DNA of 64,000 nt from an uncultured Candidatus Saccharibacteria bacterium (lineage in GTDB: Bacteria > Patescibacteriota > Saccharimonadia > Saccharimonadales > JAGQNJ01), in contig CAZNZL010000001.1 of NCBI GenBank assembly GCA_964577565.1, positions 398,566 to 462,565 on the forward strand. The letters are read 5' to 3'. Below are positions 18,101 to 27,246 of this stretch, piece after piece. Below the pieces are notes generated by a model. That model did not search any database and was not told the DNA's origin. It saw only the letters and a program-made list of their open reading frames with translations. The translations under genes and the position numbers were made by a program. How positions within the stretch are numbered: the first letter of the stretch is position 1; each line of letters opens with the position of its first letter.

Positions 18101-18396
18101 ACACAAATAGCGTGAAAGGTGCCAGCATACGGCATAAATGAGCGGTTGTCTGGGTTTTCGCCCAGCAGCGCTGCAATGCGTTCGCGCATCTCTTTCGCTG
18201 CCTTATTGGTAAATGTCACTGCTAAAATGTTAAATGGTGTAGCCCGGTTAGAGGCCAGTATGTACGCTATGCGATGCGTTAGAGTTTTGGTTTTTCCGCT
18301 ACCCGCCCCAGCCAAGATTAATAGCGGGCCTTCAGTTGTTTCAACGGCCCGTCGTTGTTCAGGATTAAGACCTTCAAGTAGTTGATGCTCCACCAC
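15133..18396 (-). CDS. pcrA: ATP-dependent DNA helicase PcrA/UvrD interrupted by an intein
   Basis: GAGSGKT (motif I), LIDEYQDT (II), VGDDWQ|..|SIYSWRGA (III, split), YRS, and LMTLHSAKGLEFPVVF..VGMTRA. The extein is about 727 aa once residues 257-616 are removed. Confidence 0.9.
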   Translation of the reverse strand: MVEHQLLEGLNPEQRRAVETTEGPLLILAGAGSGKTKTLTHRIAYILASNRATPFNILAVTFTNKAAKEMRERIAALLGENPDNRSFMPYAGTFHAICVRLLRASGEQAGIHPNFVIFDEADRLNAIKKINKQLSIDEKSFPARTTANIISTAKNELLTPEAYLGLASGPIQETAAKVFPHYQALLKEANALDFDDLIARTVSMLEQHQTIREKWQQQFKYVLIDEYQDTNAAQYRLIKLLTGPHNNIAVVGDDWQCILPDSLIETVHGPRAIKDIEQGTLVKAAAGYGKTHHFPVTRKKRSHYKGKLVQITTVDGQTFRCTPNHLMFTRWAHTDSYFVYLMYSTRYGYRIGFTKGTRFDGKKDDIGLRVRANQERADKMWILKVCENREEAVFNESLLAYKYGIPMMVFHAFSNRQMKFSQNYIDAIYSQIDTRKRAQDLFDELGLLEDYPHFIPGATSRGSIARVALNLVLFGDRRITQQSPWSASRLSINTSDNQSLMVLDRLGFRVRAGKAGTSRAEVHNLNYGKLEETINRMKDKLSNITIVKYAFLTDKKFNFTPAAHVYPGMMLPVVKGDAIEEVQIESVGRSDYDGDVYDIDVEQVHNYSANGIVVHNSIYSWRGADFRNILNFERDHKDTTIIKLERNYRSTKHILDAAHAVITKNQQRSDKKLWTDEGNGHPVQVLQVASERAEGEAIIRRVKTAVDIGARQYRDFAILYRTNAQSRSIEEAFVQYGIPYKIVGGVRFYDRKEIKDIMAYLRLIYQPEDAISFERIVNVPTRGIGTKSLEQFLAWRARNNYRLLEALNLASECSDITPKARKGLVELTDILISLRSIMQDASVSGVIDSLIRRLDYMTYLDDGTIQGESRQENVKELLSVAEQYQDLGLDGFLEEVSLISDIDQVDLQGNAVTLMTLHSAKGLEFPVVFMTGMEESIFPHSRALYDQHEMEEERRLCYVGMTRARQELYMIHAASRLLYGGQQHNPPSRFLSEINAESIIENSFLNNLGFGRAMHQPQAYDEAPSPTKPVPYDEPRYVPELNEGDGIKHNVFGVGTVLEMDGDVATIYFKGKGTKKINIAFAGVEKL
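16549..17628 (-). mobile_element. intein (360 aa) inserted in helicase motif III
   Basis: It starts with Cys (CILPDSLIETVHG), has the block B motif TPNH, and ends VYDIDVEQVHNYSANGIVVHN followed by +1 Ser. It sits exactly between VGDDWQ and SIYSWRGA. Confidence 0.85.
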
Positions 18397-18412
18397 GTTA
18401 TTCTAGCAGAAT

Positions 18413-18928
18413 CTACACCTTACCGGTACTAAGCATATTCATTATCACATACGCAATAGCTGCCACGATAACAATGATACAAATAACTATAAGAGTACCT
18501 TTAATAATGCCGGGGCCGGCCTTGTGTTTTATGGGAAGTTGGTAGGCTTTGCTCTCAATTAGTTGTTTTACGTGATCATCAGCTGGCGCTTCTTTCTTTT
18601 GCGTCAATGGCGGCTCTTGCATGTCTTCTTCGAAGCTTGACACAACCTCGGGCTTGCTTGGTTCAGGGTCGACACCAGGTGCCGCCGGCTCAACTGCGTT
18701 TTCTGGATTTATAGTAGTTTCTTCTGCTTGCGAGGTAGGTGGTGTTATGTTGATTTTTGAATGCTGGGTAAGCGTAGGAGCTGCTTTATCTGAATCGGCA
18801 TCTTCGTCGCGAACCATCGGGTCTTTTACTAAATCCGACCGGCCAACAATAACCGGCCGTGACGTATGGCTAACCGGCTTTTTACCGGGGGGAGACACAT
18901 CAAATGGTTTACGCCCGTCAGTCATCAC
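18413..18928 (-). CDS. hypothetical protein with a C-terminal transmembrane anchor
   Basis: Low-complexity Pro/Glu-rich body, with IKGTLIVICIIVIVAAIAYVIMNML at the C-terminus. Confidence 0.5.
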   Translation of the reverse strand: MMTDGRKPFDVSPPGKKPVSHTSRPVIVGRSDLVKDPMVRDEDADSDKAAPTLTQHSKINITPPTSQAEETTINPENAVEPAAPGVDPEPSKPEVVSSFEEDMQEPPLTQKKEAPADDHVKQLIESKAYQLPIKHKAGPGIIKGTLIVICIIVIVAAIAYVIMNMLSTGKV

Positions 18929-19713
18929 TCGTCCATACTCTCATTAAGTAAACGATAAGCAGCAGAAACAATGCCCGAAAACTTATGATAGTTGATGCTC
19001 GCGCCGCCAACCAAGACGCCATCACAACCCTCTAGCTCAAGGTAGCCGCGTGCGATTTGTTCATCTATACTGCCGCCATATAAAATACGAATATTTTTAC
19101 TCACTTTTTTACCGTACAGGTCTTCAATAATTTTACGGATGTAATCCATAGCCTCTTTTGCTTGTGTGGGCTTAGCGAGTTCACCACCAAAAGTACTAAT
19201 AGCCCAGACCGGCTCATAAGCGATAACAATCTCGCCTACTTCACGAGCAGTGAGGTTGCTAAGGGCCGTAACGACTTGATCGTGAATGATACGTTTTGTG
19301 TGCCCACTTTTTCGTTCGACATGAGTTTCACCAACACATAGAATCGGCGTAATTTCGTTGCGGACACAGGCTGCTACTTTATCTCGGATTAAGGCATATT
19401 CTTCATTAAAGTGAATACGCCGTTCTGAATGCCCGATGATGACATAGTGAACAAGGTCGCGGAGCATCGTAAAAGAAACCTCACCAGTAAAAGCGCCCTC
19501 ATCCTTGGGGTACGCGTTTTGTGCAGCCAACCGAAATTTACGACGGTCAATCTGAAGGCTAAGCGGCTGTAAAACAAGCATGCTCGGCGCTAAAACAACC
19601 TCAATATTTCGGTATATTTTTATTCGTTCATGTAAACGATGCAATAGTAGGCTCGCTTGAGCCGTGTTGAGATGCATCTTCCAGTTGCCAACGATTAAGG
19701 TTCTTTTGGTCAT
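18925..19713 (-). CDS. tpiA: triosephosphate isomerase
   Basis: GNWKMH, IGHSERR, AYEPVWAI and YGGS motifs. Confidence 0.9.
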   Translation of the reverse strand: MTKRTLIVGNWKMHLNTAQASLLLHRLHERIKIYRNIEVVLAPSMLVLQPLSLQIDRRKFRLAAQNAYPKDEGAFTGEVSFTMLRDLVHYVIIGHSERRIHFNEEYALIRDKVAACVRNEITPILCVGETHVERKSGHTKRIIHDQVVTALSNLTAREVGEIVIAYEPVWAISTFGGELAKPTQAKEAMDYIRKIIEDLYGKKVSKNIRILYGGSIDEQIARGYLELEGCDGVLVGGASINYHKFSGIVSAAYRLLNESMDE

Positions 19714-19853
19714 AGCGCATCTCCCGTGTTACTGGAAAAGAGTAGCTCGTGCAGCAGTTTTACTTCGTGCCCGGCGCGATGAGAAAAACCGGAGGTTTGT
19801 CTTATTTTCTTAAGATGCATCTTGTCAACGATGGGTGTTCTTTTATGTGACAT
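19710..19853 (-). CDS. possible 47-aa small ORF translationally coupled to tpiA
   Basis: MSHKRTPIVDKMHLKKIRQTSGFSHRAGHEVKLLHELLFSSNTGDAL. Its TGA overlaps the tpiA ATG (ATGA). The RBS is weak and the ORF is below the track cutoff. Confidence 0.25.
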   Translation of the reverse strand: MSHKRTPIVDKMHLKKIRQTSGFSHRAGHEVKLLHELLFSSNTGDAL

Positions 19854-19873
19854 ACGTACTCACTTATTGTATC

Positions 19874-21163
19874 TTATTTATCCTTCAACGCTTCAACACC
19901 AGGTAATTTTTTACCTGCTAATAAATCAAGGCTTGCTCCGCCGCCAGTTGAAACATGATTAAAGCACTCTGTTAAGCCACGCTCTTCAATATAGGCAGAT
20001 GTATCGCCACCCCCTATTAAGCTATATGGTTTGTGCCCATACTCACCCATCAGGCTTTCTAAAATAGCTTCTGTGCCGTGTGCAAACGGTCCAACCGGCC
20101 CGTCAATAGCCGGTGTTTCTGTCACGCCCATCGTACCGTTCCATATGACTGTCTCGACCATTTGCATACTACCCGCGATAAACGCGCCCGAAAAGGGGCC
20201 AATGTCTAGAATAATTTCATTGGCCTTTACATAACCACTTTCACGAGGCGGTCGCTTTGGATAGTTTTCGAGTGTTGCTACTACGTGAGCGTCCCAGTCC
20301 ACTATACGCGTTTTGGCAGTCTTGCTTATTTCTGTTGCAACCACACCGTCTTGGGGTAGGTAAAATACGAAGCGTCTCTTTTTAGCCTCTGCTTCGGCCA
20401 TATGCAAGATATCTTTTGCAAGTGGAAGATCCTTGCGCTCCGATAAACTTTTGCCAATCTCTATACCGCGGGCACGATGAAACGTGTTTGCCATTGCGCC
20501 GCCAATTGCCACGATGTCCGCTAACTTCACAAACCGCTCAATAATTTCTATTTTATCGGCAATTTTAGCACCGCCAATAATAGCCATAAATGGTCGTTTT
20601 GGCTGCTCGATTAATTTTGTAATAGTATCAACTTCTTTCTCTAGCAGTAATCCGGCCACGCTTGGCAGATGTTTTGGAACACCAACGAGAGACGCGTGAG
20701 AACGGTGCACAACCCCAAAAGCATCCTCAACAAAAACATCAGCTAAACCTGCTAACTGTTTGGCAAAATGTGAATCATTAGCCTCTTCTTCTTCATAAAA
20801 GCGCAGATTTTCTAAGACGAGTATTTGCCCCTGCTTTAACCCGGCAACCGCTTGCGTTACCGTCTCCCCAATGCAGTCTGGTACAAAAAACACATCAGCT
20901 GTAACGTGCTGCTCAAGCTTTTTGGCCACTGGTGCTAAGGAGTAGGCAAGATTACGTTTGCCATCAGGCCGGCCAAGATGTGAGCAAATGACGATCTTGC
21001 AGTTTTGCTTCAATAAGTAGTCTATGGTTGGTAATGATTTCTTAATGCGGTAATCGTCGGCTATTTTACCATCAGCAGTTAATGGCACGTTGTAATCTGC
21101 CCTAAGCAGCACCGTTTTGCCCTTGAGGGATATATCTTTAATTGTCCTTTTCGCAAAGCTCAA
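19874..21163 (-). CDS. pgk: phosphoglycerate kinase
   Basis: LLRADYNVPL, IIGGAKIADKI and GGGDT/GGGAS motifs. TTG start 9 nt after GGGAGG, with a TGcTACAAT promoter upstream. Confidence 0.9.
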   Translation of the reverse strand: MSFAKRTIKDISLKGKTVLLRADYNVPLTADGKIADDYRIKKSLPTIDYLLKQNCKIVICSHLGRPDGKRNLAYSLAPVAKKLEQHVTADVFFVPDCIGETVTQAVAGLKQGQILVLENLRFYEEEEANDSHFAKQLAGLADVFVEDAFGVVHRSHASLVGVPKHLPSVAGLLLEKEVDTITKLIEQPKRPFMAIIGGAKIADKIEIIERFVKLADIVAIGGAMANTFHRARGIEIGKSLSERKDLPLAKDILHMAEAEAKKRRFVFYLPQDGVVATEISKTAKTRIVDWDAHVVATLENYPKRPPRESGYVKANEIILDIGPFSGAFIAGSMQMVETVIWNGTMGVTETPAIDGPVGPFAHGTEAILESLMGEYGHKPYSLIGGGDTSAYIEERGLTECFNHVSTGGGASLDLLAGKKLPGVEALKDK

Positions 21164-21212
21164 ATGAAAAGCCTCCCACCATTTATCCTCATTGTAGCAA
21201 AATATTACTGCT

Positions 21213-22643
21213 TTAGAGAACCCTTACTTTGATTGTATCGGTCGTACCTACGACTCCCGGGTACATTCCTGAAGCTGTTACCACAATGTCGCCTACTTTT
21301 AGTAAGCGCTTTTGTTTTAGCCAATTTGTCAGTTTAATGGCCGCTTTGGGGTCAGCCGGCCTGACATAACTTTTGGTTCCATATACAATGGCTAACTGCT
21401 GCGCTACATGAGGGTCAGACGCTACAGCAATGAGTGGGATCTGAGGCCGATAGCCGGCTATTTGCAAGACCGTTGCGCCAGACTTAGTCTCGGCCACAAT
21501 CGCTTTGGCCCCCAATTGGTCAGAAAGAGAAATAATTGCTTTAGATATAGCGCTTTGACGGTTATGCTCGTCGTGATCAGGAAATAGGGCTTTTACGGAT
21601 GAGTTACTTTGGGTGTATTTAATAACCCGCTTCATTACCTTAACTGCCTCTACCGGGAACTTTCCGCTTGCCGTTTCATCACTCAACATTACGCTGTCAG
21701 CACCCACAATTACGGCGGTAGCAATATCAGATACTTCTGCACGAGTCGGTTCGGGCGTTTCAGTCATACTTGCAAGCATTTGCGTCGCTACAATGGTGGG
21801 CTTTTTATAACGCAAACCAAGCCCAATGATATTCCGCTGTTCAATAGGGACTGATTCTGGCGAGGTTTCTATCGCTAAATCTCCCCGGGCTATCATCACC
21901 GCATCAGCTTCTTGCATGATGGCTTCTATATTTTCAATGGCAGCTTTGGTTTCTATTTTAGCAATAACCCGCGCCCGGCTGCCCAGGTTAGCCAGCAAAC
22001 GTTTTAGGCGCAAAATATCCTCAGCATTTTGCACAAAGCTCAGCGCTACATAATCAATGTCACTGGTTGACCCAAATGTAATGTCTTTTTTATCCTTGGC
22101 AGTGATAATATCGCCACCGAAATCTGTATCTGGCAAGTTTATGCCTTTTCGTTTTATTAAAATACCGTCATTTTCTGCTTGTACATGAACAACTCCGCCC
22201 GATACGCTAGTAATAATAGTCTGCAGCCTGCCATCATACAGAAACAGACGTTCGCCGCGTTTAACTTTTTTTGATAAGTCATACTGGGTGGGGATAATTC
22301 CAGAGCGTTCATAGTCGGCCTTGTATTTAAACTGCAGGCTTTGGCCGGTACGAACAGTAATAATACCCTCAAAGTCACCCAGCCGTATTTTAGGGCCCTG
22401 CAAGTCTTGGATGATTGCTACCGGCTTACCGTAACTGCTGCTGGCACGACGAATCCATTCAATTTGCTGCAATCGCTCCTCTTCGGTGCCATGACTAAAG
22501 TTAAGCCGAATGCCGTTTGCACCCGCCACGATCATGTCATAAATTGCCTTGTAACTATGGCTAGCCGGGCCAACGGTGGCGATGATCTTTGTTCGCTTAA
22601 ACTTATTGATTGGCACCACTGGTGCTCTATCCGTAACATTCAT
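21213..22643 (-). CDS. pyk: pyruvate kinase
   Basis: RTKIIATVGPAS, NFSHG, MIARGDLAIE and VATQMLASM motifs. Confidence 0.9.
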   Translation of the reverse strand: MNVTDRAPVVPINKFKRTKIIATVGPASHSYKAIYDMIVAGANGIRLNFSHGTEEERLQQIEWIRRASSSYGKPVAIIQDLQGPKIRLGDFEGIITVRTGQSLQFKYKADYERSGIIPTQYDLSKKVKRGERLFLYDGRLQTIITSVSGGVVHVQAENDGILIKRKGINLPDTDFGGDIITAKDKKDITFGSTSDIDYVALSFVQNAEDILRLKRLLANLGSRARVIAKIETKAAIENIEAIMQEADAVMIARGDLAIETSPESVPIEQRNIIGLGLRYKKPTIVATQMLASMTETPEPTRAEVSDIATAVIVGADSVMLSDETASGKFPVEAVKVMKRVIKYTQSNSSVKALFPDHDEHNRQSAISKAIISLSDQLGAKAIVAETKSGATVLQIAGYRPQIPLIAVASDPHVAQQLAIVYGTKSYVRPADPKAAIKLTNWLKQKRLLKVGDIVVTASGMYPGVVGTTDTIKVRVL

Positions 22644-22841
22644 CTTTTTATTAGTTTACTTGCTTATGCTAAGTTTTAAAAGCCGCGCAGCTTAATGTAA
22701 CGGCGCTTTAGAGCCCATGAACCAATATAAAAGTTTCTCATAAACCTAAATTATTTGCGCCACGTGACATTCGCCCACGGGCTACCGGCAATGCGAAATC
22801 GTTGAGAGGTCTGTTTTGGATTTTGTATTGGCATAGCGTCA

Positions 22842-23408
22842 TTACTTACTTGGGTCGCTTGCAGCACCTACTTTTTCAACATGGACAGCCGTAATATACA
22901 TGTTTAAAGGATCGGATTTTGCCTGTACACCAGCCTGCAAGCTGCTACCGGTCGTTAAATGTATGGCTTCTGGGTGACACTTTTTGAGAAAGTTTTGCGT
23001 TTGAACAACATCAATATCTCTAACCGCTCCTTGCCCAAACCCCCATGAAATGGTGGTTCGTACCACCTTTTGCGGAGCGGAGGCACGTGCCGTTAGACAA
23101 ACTCTATAATCGCCGGTGCTCGATATTTGCTGTCGGGTTTTTGCAGAGTAATACTGCGTTGATGCGGTAAAGGCTATATATCTCACGCCCGCTTTATTGT
23201 TGTCATCGTTAAGGGTACGCGCTGGGGCATCAAAATCCGCTGCCGTCCACGTTGCTGCTGAGGTTGCTGCAAAGCTTCGGTATGTAAAGTAACCGGCACC
23301 AACTATAGCAATAACAGTTATTATTGTTAAAAAGCGTGCTTTGGGTGAGGTTAACCAATTCTTAGTTTGCGTAGTTGATTTTTTGGCAAGTGGTTTTTGT
23401 TTTTTCAT
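22842..23408 (-). CDS. secreted/membrane-anchored hypothetical protein
   Basis: N-terminal basic region plus a TM segment (FLTIITVIAIVGAGYF). No domain recognised. Confidence 0.5.
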   Translation of the reverse strand: MKKQKPLAKKSTTQTKNWLTSPKARFLTIITVIAIVGAGYFTYRSFAATSAATWTAADFDAPARTLNDDNNKAGVRYIAFTASTQYYSAKTRQQISSTGDYRVCLTARASAPQKVVRTTISWGFGQGAVRDIDVVQTQNFLKKCHPEAIHLTTGSSLQAGVQAKSDPLNMYITAVHVEKVGAASDPSK

Positions 23409-23471
23409 AGTTTTCTCATTATTATAACTTTAATTAAAAACACAAGCAGTTATATTGTCAATCAAAAAAGA

Positions 23472-24149
23472 CTATGTATTCAGTGTAATAAATTCTTCGA
23501 GCCAATTTAAAAAGGTATTGTAATGGGTGTTCTCTTGCGCATTATAACTTCCATCATCTCCGGTGGTTGTGCTAAAAATAGCCTGTAACCATTGATTACC
23601 GGGTGTCTTATAAAAAGCAGTAACACCATCAGTAGTATGACCCGCATTAAACATTACTACTTGCTTACCACCTATGGTTGTGAGTTTTACTGACTTAGTG
23701 TCTAAATAGCCGCCTTCGCCGTTCTTTACGACATTAATGGCCTGTTCTGGTGTAGTGCTTGAGTCAATACCAACCCATTCAAGCTTTTGGAAGTTGATAT
23801 TTGCACCAGATTCTATAAATAGCTGTCCACCACCAGCCTCTTTATAATCGGGACTTAATAAATACTGACCGCTTCCAGCTATTTTTGTATCTTGAAATGG
23901 TTCTTTGGCGGTTTTCCAACTTACTGGCACTGTATATTTAATACCATCTAGGGTTTTGTAAGCTGAATCTTTGGTAGAATCTGCATTATCATTTGGTGAT
24001 TGAGTTTCTTGTGTTGACGATGCGTCTTTATTATTAGTGTTATTTTTTTGTCGGTCGTAAACAAGCCAACCTACTGCTCCCAGCAGCCCGACAACCACAA
24101 TTACAATAAGCACTTCTACGACACTAAAACCTTTTTGATTAGATTTCAT
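23472..24149 (-). CDS. type IV pilin-like protein (prepilin N-terminal motif)
   Basis: MKSNQKG|FSVVEVLIVIVVVGLLGAVGW class III signal / N-methylation motif. Confidence 0.7.
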   Translation of the reverse strand: MKSNQKGFSVVEVLIVIVVVGLLGAVGWLVYDRQKNNTNNKDASSTQETQSPNDNADSTKDSAYKTLDGIKYTVPVSWKTAKEPFQDTKIAGSGQYLLSPDYKEAGGGQLFIESGANINFQKLEWVGIDSSTTPEQAINVVKNGEGGYLDTKSVKLTTIGGKQVVMFNAGHTTDGVTAFYKTPGNQWLQAIFSTTTGDDGSYNAQENTHYNTFLNWLEEFITLNT

Positions 24150-24360
24150 GAATTTGTATTCTCCTTATGCTAAGGATACAACAATGCAACTAAGCATGGA
24201 ATAGAGATAAATTAGAATAGCCACAGAGAGGTATAAATACTCATTTTCGCTCTAAAACCCACCCTAGAAGCTTTCCGTGTGTTCCAGAGGGTGTAGTACT
24301 AGACACTAAGAGCTTAAAGTTTGGAACCCAAACAATTAGCCCATTTTACAGATACATATT

Positions 24361-24393
24361 AAACAAAAAGGACCTTTCCGTGTCGGAAAAGTC
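24361..24393 (-). terminator. intrinsic terminator after tRNA-Glu
   Basis: The minus strand reads GACTTTTCCG-aca-CGGAAAGGTC followed by CTTTTTGTTT. Confidence 0.6.
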
Positions 24394-24398
24394 TCTTT

Positions 24399-24473
24399 TG
24401 GTGACCTCAAGGGGAATCGAACCCCTATTGCCAGGATGAAAACCTGGTGTCCTAACCATTAGACGATGAGGCC
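24399..24473 (-). tRNA. tRNA-Glu (anticodon UUC), CCA encoded
   Basis: Cloverleaf folded by hand: acceptor GGCCTCA/TGAGGTC, anticodon stem CCAGG/CCTGG with loop TTTTCAT, T-arm AGGGG-TTCGATT-CCCCT. Confidence 0.9.
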
Positions 24474-24750
24474 AGATCACCATATACTTGATTTTTAAGG
24501 AGCAACATTTTTATGTTGGAGCTCATGATATTATAACCTCAACAAATATTAGGAGCGGAAACTGCTAAATGATTGCGATGGGACCGCGTCAGAACCGACG
24601 GTCAACTTCTGCAAAACTCATCGCTTTACTACACGTTTTAGTCGCTTCTTCCTTTACCCTCAAAAAGAATCCCCTCTTTTTGAGGACCCCATCTACGCCT
24701 TTAATGAGGTAAATAACTGGGGTATTGTAGCATTTTTATCCTCAAAATAA

Positions 24751-24773
24751 AACCCTCTGGTAGCCAGAGGGTT
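24751..24773. terminator. bidirectional intrinsic terminator hairpin
   Basis: AACCCTCTGG-tag-CCAGAGGGTT, flanked by an A-run upstream and a T-run downstream. Confidence 0.55.
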
Positions 24774-25059
24774 TTATTAGAGTTAGAGCGGTCAGTCAAA
24801 TCGCTTACTTATGTGAATAACACTAGCACAATTCTAACGACTTGGCTAGTGTTTATCCACAGCTTTTTGTGGTTCGCCATGTTAAGTCCTGCTTTCTAGC
24901 AAAGCCAGAAACTCTGCCTTAACACTCTTGCAACCATACTTTGTTGCGAGGTTGCGGTACGCAGTCGGCGTATTAAATATACGTCTCCTTTGCGTTCCGC
25001 CCTCGTGCCTCGTCTAGTTGCAAGCGAACTCACAAAACTATGAAAGATGTTTTGACTGA

Positions 25060-26625
25060 TTAGCCGTTTCGGCGACCGTATACCAATCGGTGTGCAGTTG
25101 CACCAGCTACAGTAACCGCAGCTACAATGCCAGCTACATCACCCGCACCCGTGACAGGCAACTCTGAAGGTTGCTCTGGCTGAGTTGGGGGTACTGGCTT
25201 AGCCGATGTATACGTAACCATGCTTTCACAAGTTTGGCTGGTTACGCCTGGCTTGTCTTGACCATCAACTGTAAAGTTAACTTTACCCACAATCTTATAG
25301 GTACCGTCTTTAGCGTATTCGTGTTCAACTGAAGTTTGATCAGTTAACAACGGTGCTGTACCGTCACCAAAATCAAAGGTGTAGTTTTTAACTTGTACGT
25401 TGCCAGTAAAGCTTGGCGTAATGCTTACGCGTACTTTTCGGCCACCAAGTTGGTCAACCTTGATGAGCTTACACTCATAGGTTGGTTTCTTTGGCTCTTC
25501 TTTAGGCTTACATTTACCATAATTAACATTTATGGTTGCAGTCTCCCAAATTGCTCCGAACCCAGTAGGTGTAGCAAACGCTTTGTTTGTGATTTTCTTG
25601 GTACCACATTCATCCTTTTTGCCATCACTTACTTTCGTACGGAAACCAAGGTACGCTATACCGTTAGGGTTATAGTTACCAATATCGACGTTAACCTGTC
25701 GGCCATTGGCCTGAACAGCTGAAGCTGGGTAAACATAACCATTTGGGTAGTTACCATTAATCAGCTTAACCGTACCAGGAACAACTTCTACTCCAGCAGG
25801 AACTTCGTCAACAATCTTCACATTCTTAAGCTCAGTAGAGCCAGCGTTCTTAAATGTAATCATCCAAGAAACATTGTCACCAGGCTTAACGTCAAGATTT
25901 TTCTGCCAAGAACCATTTTGCTGGCCAGCCATGCTAACCTGCTTATCGATGGTGTAGCGAGGTGATTTAACCTTAACCTTAAAGGTTACAAGCGCTACAT
26001 ACTCAAAACAACCCTTCATTGTACCGTTGACGTTATTATCGCCAATCTTCACACCACCCTTAACGATTTCATCGCTAACTTTTTGATCAATAAAGTTTGT
26101 TTTAATGGTTGCAGAACCAGGAACATAATCTAGTTGTACAGGATACTCACCAGTCATGCTCAAAGTGTCTTCAATTACTTTTGGTTGTGCATTATCTGCA
26201 CTCACAAATGCTTTAGCAGTTTGTGATTTGTTGAGGCCATCAGGCAGCTCAACGCGTACACGTGTATTCTTAGCCACGCCTTTGCCGCTTGCATTATGCT
26301 TTGGATCAGCGCCGTTATGAACATACACGCGCATTAAAATTTCGTCACCGTCACGCACGCCGTTCATCGGGTCATAAAAACCGTCTGGAGCGCCTGCTAT
26401 TTTACCGTGAAAGAAATTCCGTTCATCACCAATGTTAGGAACACCGGTAAATGAGTTAAACGTAACGTGATCAAAACCAGGGGTACCCGGGCCTTGATAT
26501 TGCTTAACAGGTCGGTCCCCGCCAAGCAACGCCATACCTACTGCACTCATACTCACAAGTGTTACTGCAAACAATGCAGCGCTTGCAATGAGTTTTTTAG
26601 GCAGGCGGTTAAATAGTCTCTTCAT
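25060..26625 (-). CDS. LPXTG-anchored cell-surface protein with DUF11-like and PKD-like repeats
   Basis: Signal peptide; PKD-like segment YTFDFGDGTAPLL..YAKDGTYKI. The C-terminus carries LPVTG, a hydrophobic stretch and RRNG. Start moved to MKRLFN (AAGGAGG RBS). Confidence 0.8.
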   Translation of the reverse strand: MKRLFNRLPKKLIASAALFAVTLVSMSAVGMALLGGDRPVKQYQGPGTPGFDHVTFNSFTGVPNIGDERNFFHGKIAGAPDGFYDPMNGVRDGDEILMRVYVHNGADPKHNASGKGVAKNTRVRVELPDGLNKSQTAKAFVSADNAQPKVIEDTLSMTGEYPVQLDYVPGSATIKTNFIDQKVSDEIVKGGVKIGDNNVNGTMKGCFEYVALVTFKVKVKSPRYTIDKQVSMAGQQNGSWQKNLDVKPGDNVSWMITFKNAGSTELKNVKIVDEVPAGVEVVPGTVKLINGNYPNGYVYPASAVQANGRQVNVDIGNYNPNGIAYLGFRTKVSDGKKDECGTKKITNKAFATPTGFGAIWETATINVNYGKCKPKEEPKKPTYECKLIKVDQLGGRKVRVSITPSFTGNVQVKNYTFDFGDGTAPLLTDQTSVEHEYAKDGTYKIVGKVNFTVDGQDKPGVTSQTCESMVTYTSAKPVPPTQPEQPSELPVTGAGDVAGIVAAVTVAGATAHRLVYGRRNG

Positions 26626-27246
26626 ATTAACCTCCTTAAAGGTAATGTTCTTTAACAAAATGTAAACCTTATTCTTGCCGCTCTAATTGTTAAAGACCAA
26701 AACTGTAGAGGCACCTATGCTTGAGCATAGACCCCACCTCACAGTCGTGCTTTATATTACCATTTCAATTACACTTTGTCAATATTATGGTTATGCTTTC
26801 TTCTAGATTGTTAAAGGACTTGATCTACCTCTTGGCTTACAAGAGATAAGTCAAATCATTACAATCCACAATCATGCTTATTTTGGGTTTAGCGGGGGCA
26901 TTCTTTAGGTTTAGTCAATAAAGACTAACTTTTAAGAATGCCCACGCGGGTTAACTATGTACGCGAACCGGTAAAGGCTCAAGCGTTTCAACACATATGT
27001 TGGTTTTTGCTGCATGACTGCAAGCGGGTTTTACCAACAACCAGTTGACGAGTTTGCGAGCAAGTAGCTCAAGCGAAAGTCGCCAACATGCGAATGGTGG
27101 TGGGTTTGTCTAAGCGTTGCCACTTAGTTAATAGCCGTGAGGCTAACCAGGTCCACCAAACCTACCTCGGTTTTCCTACGCAAGAGGAGAGGAAGGGAGC
27201 GTAGGTGAGCTCACGAGGCATTGCTCGAAATTACCGACCAGAACCG

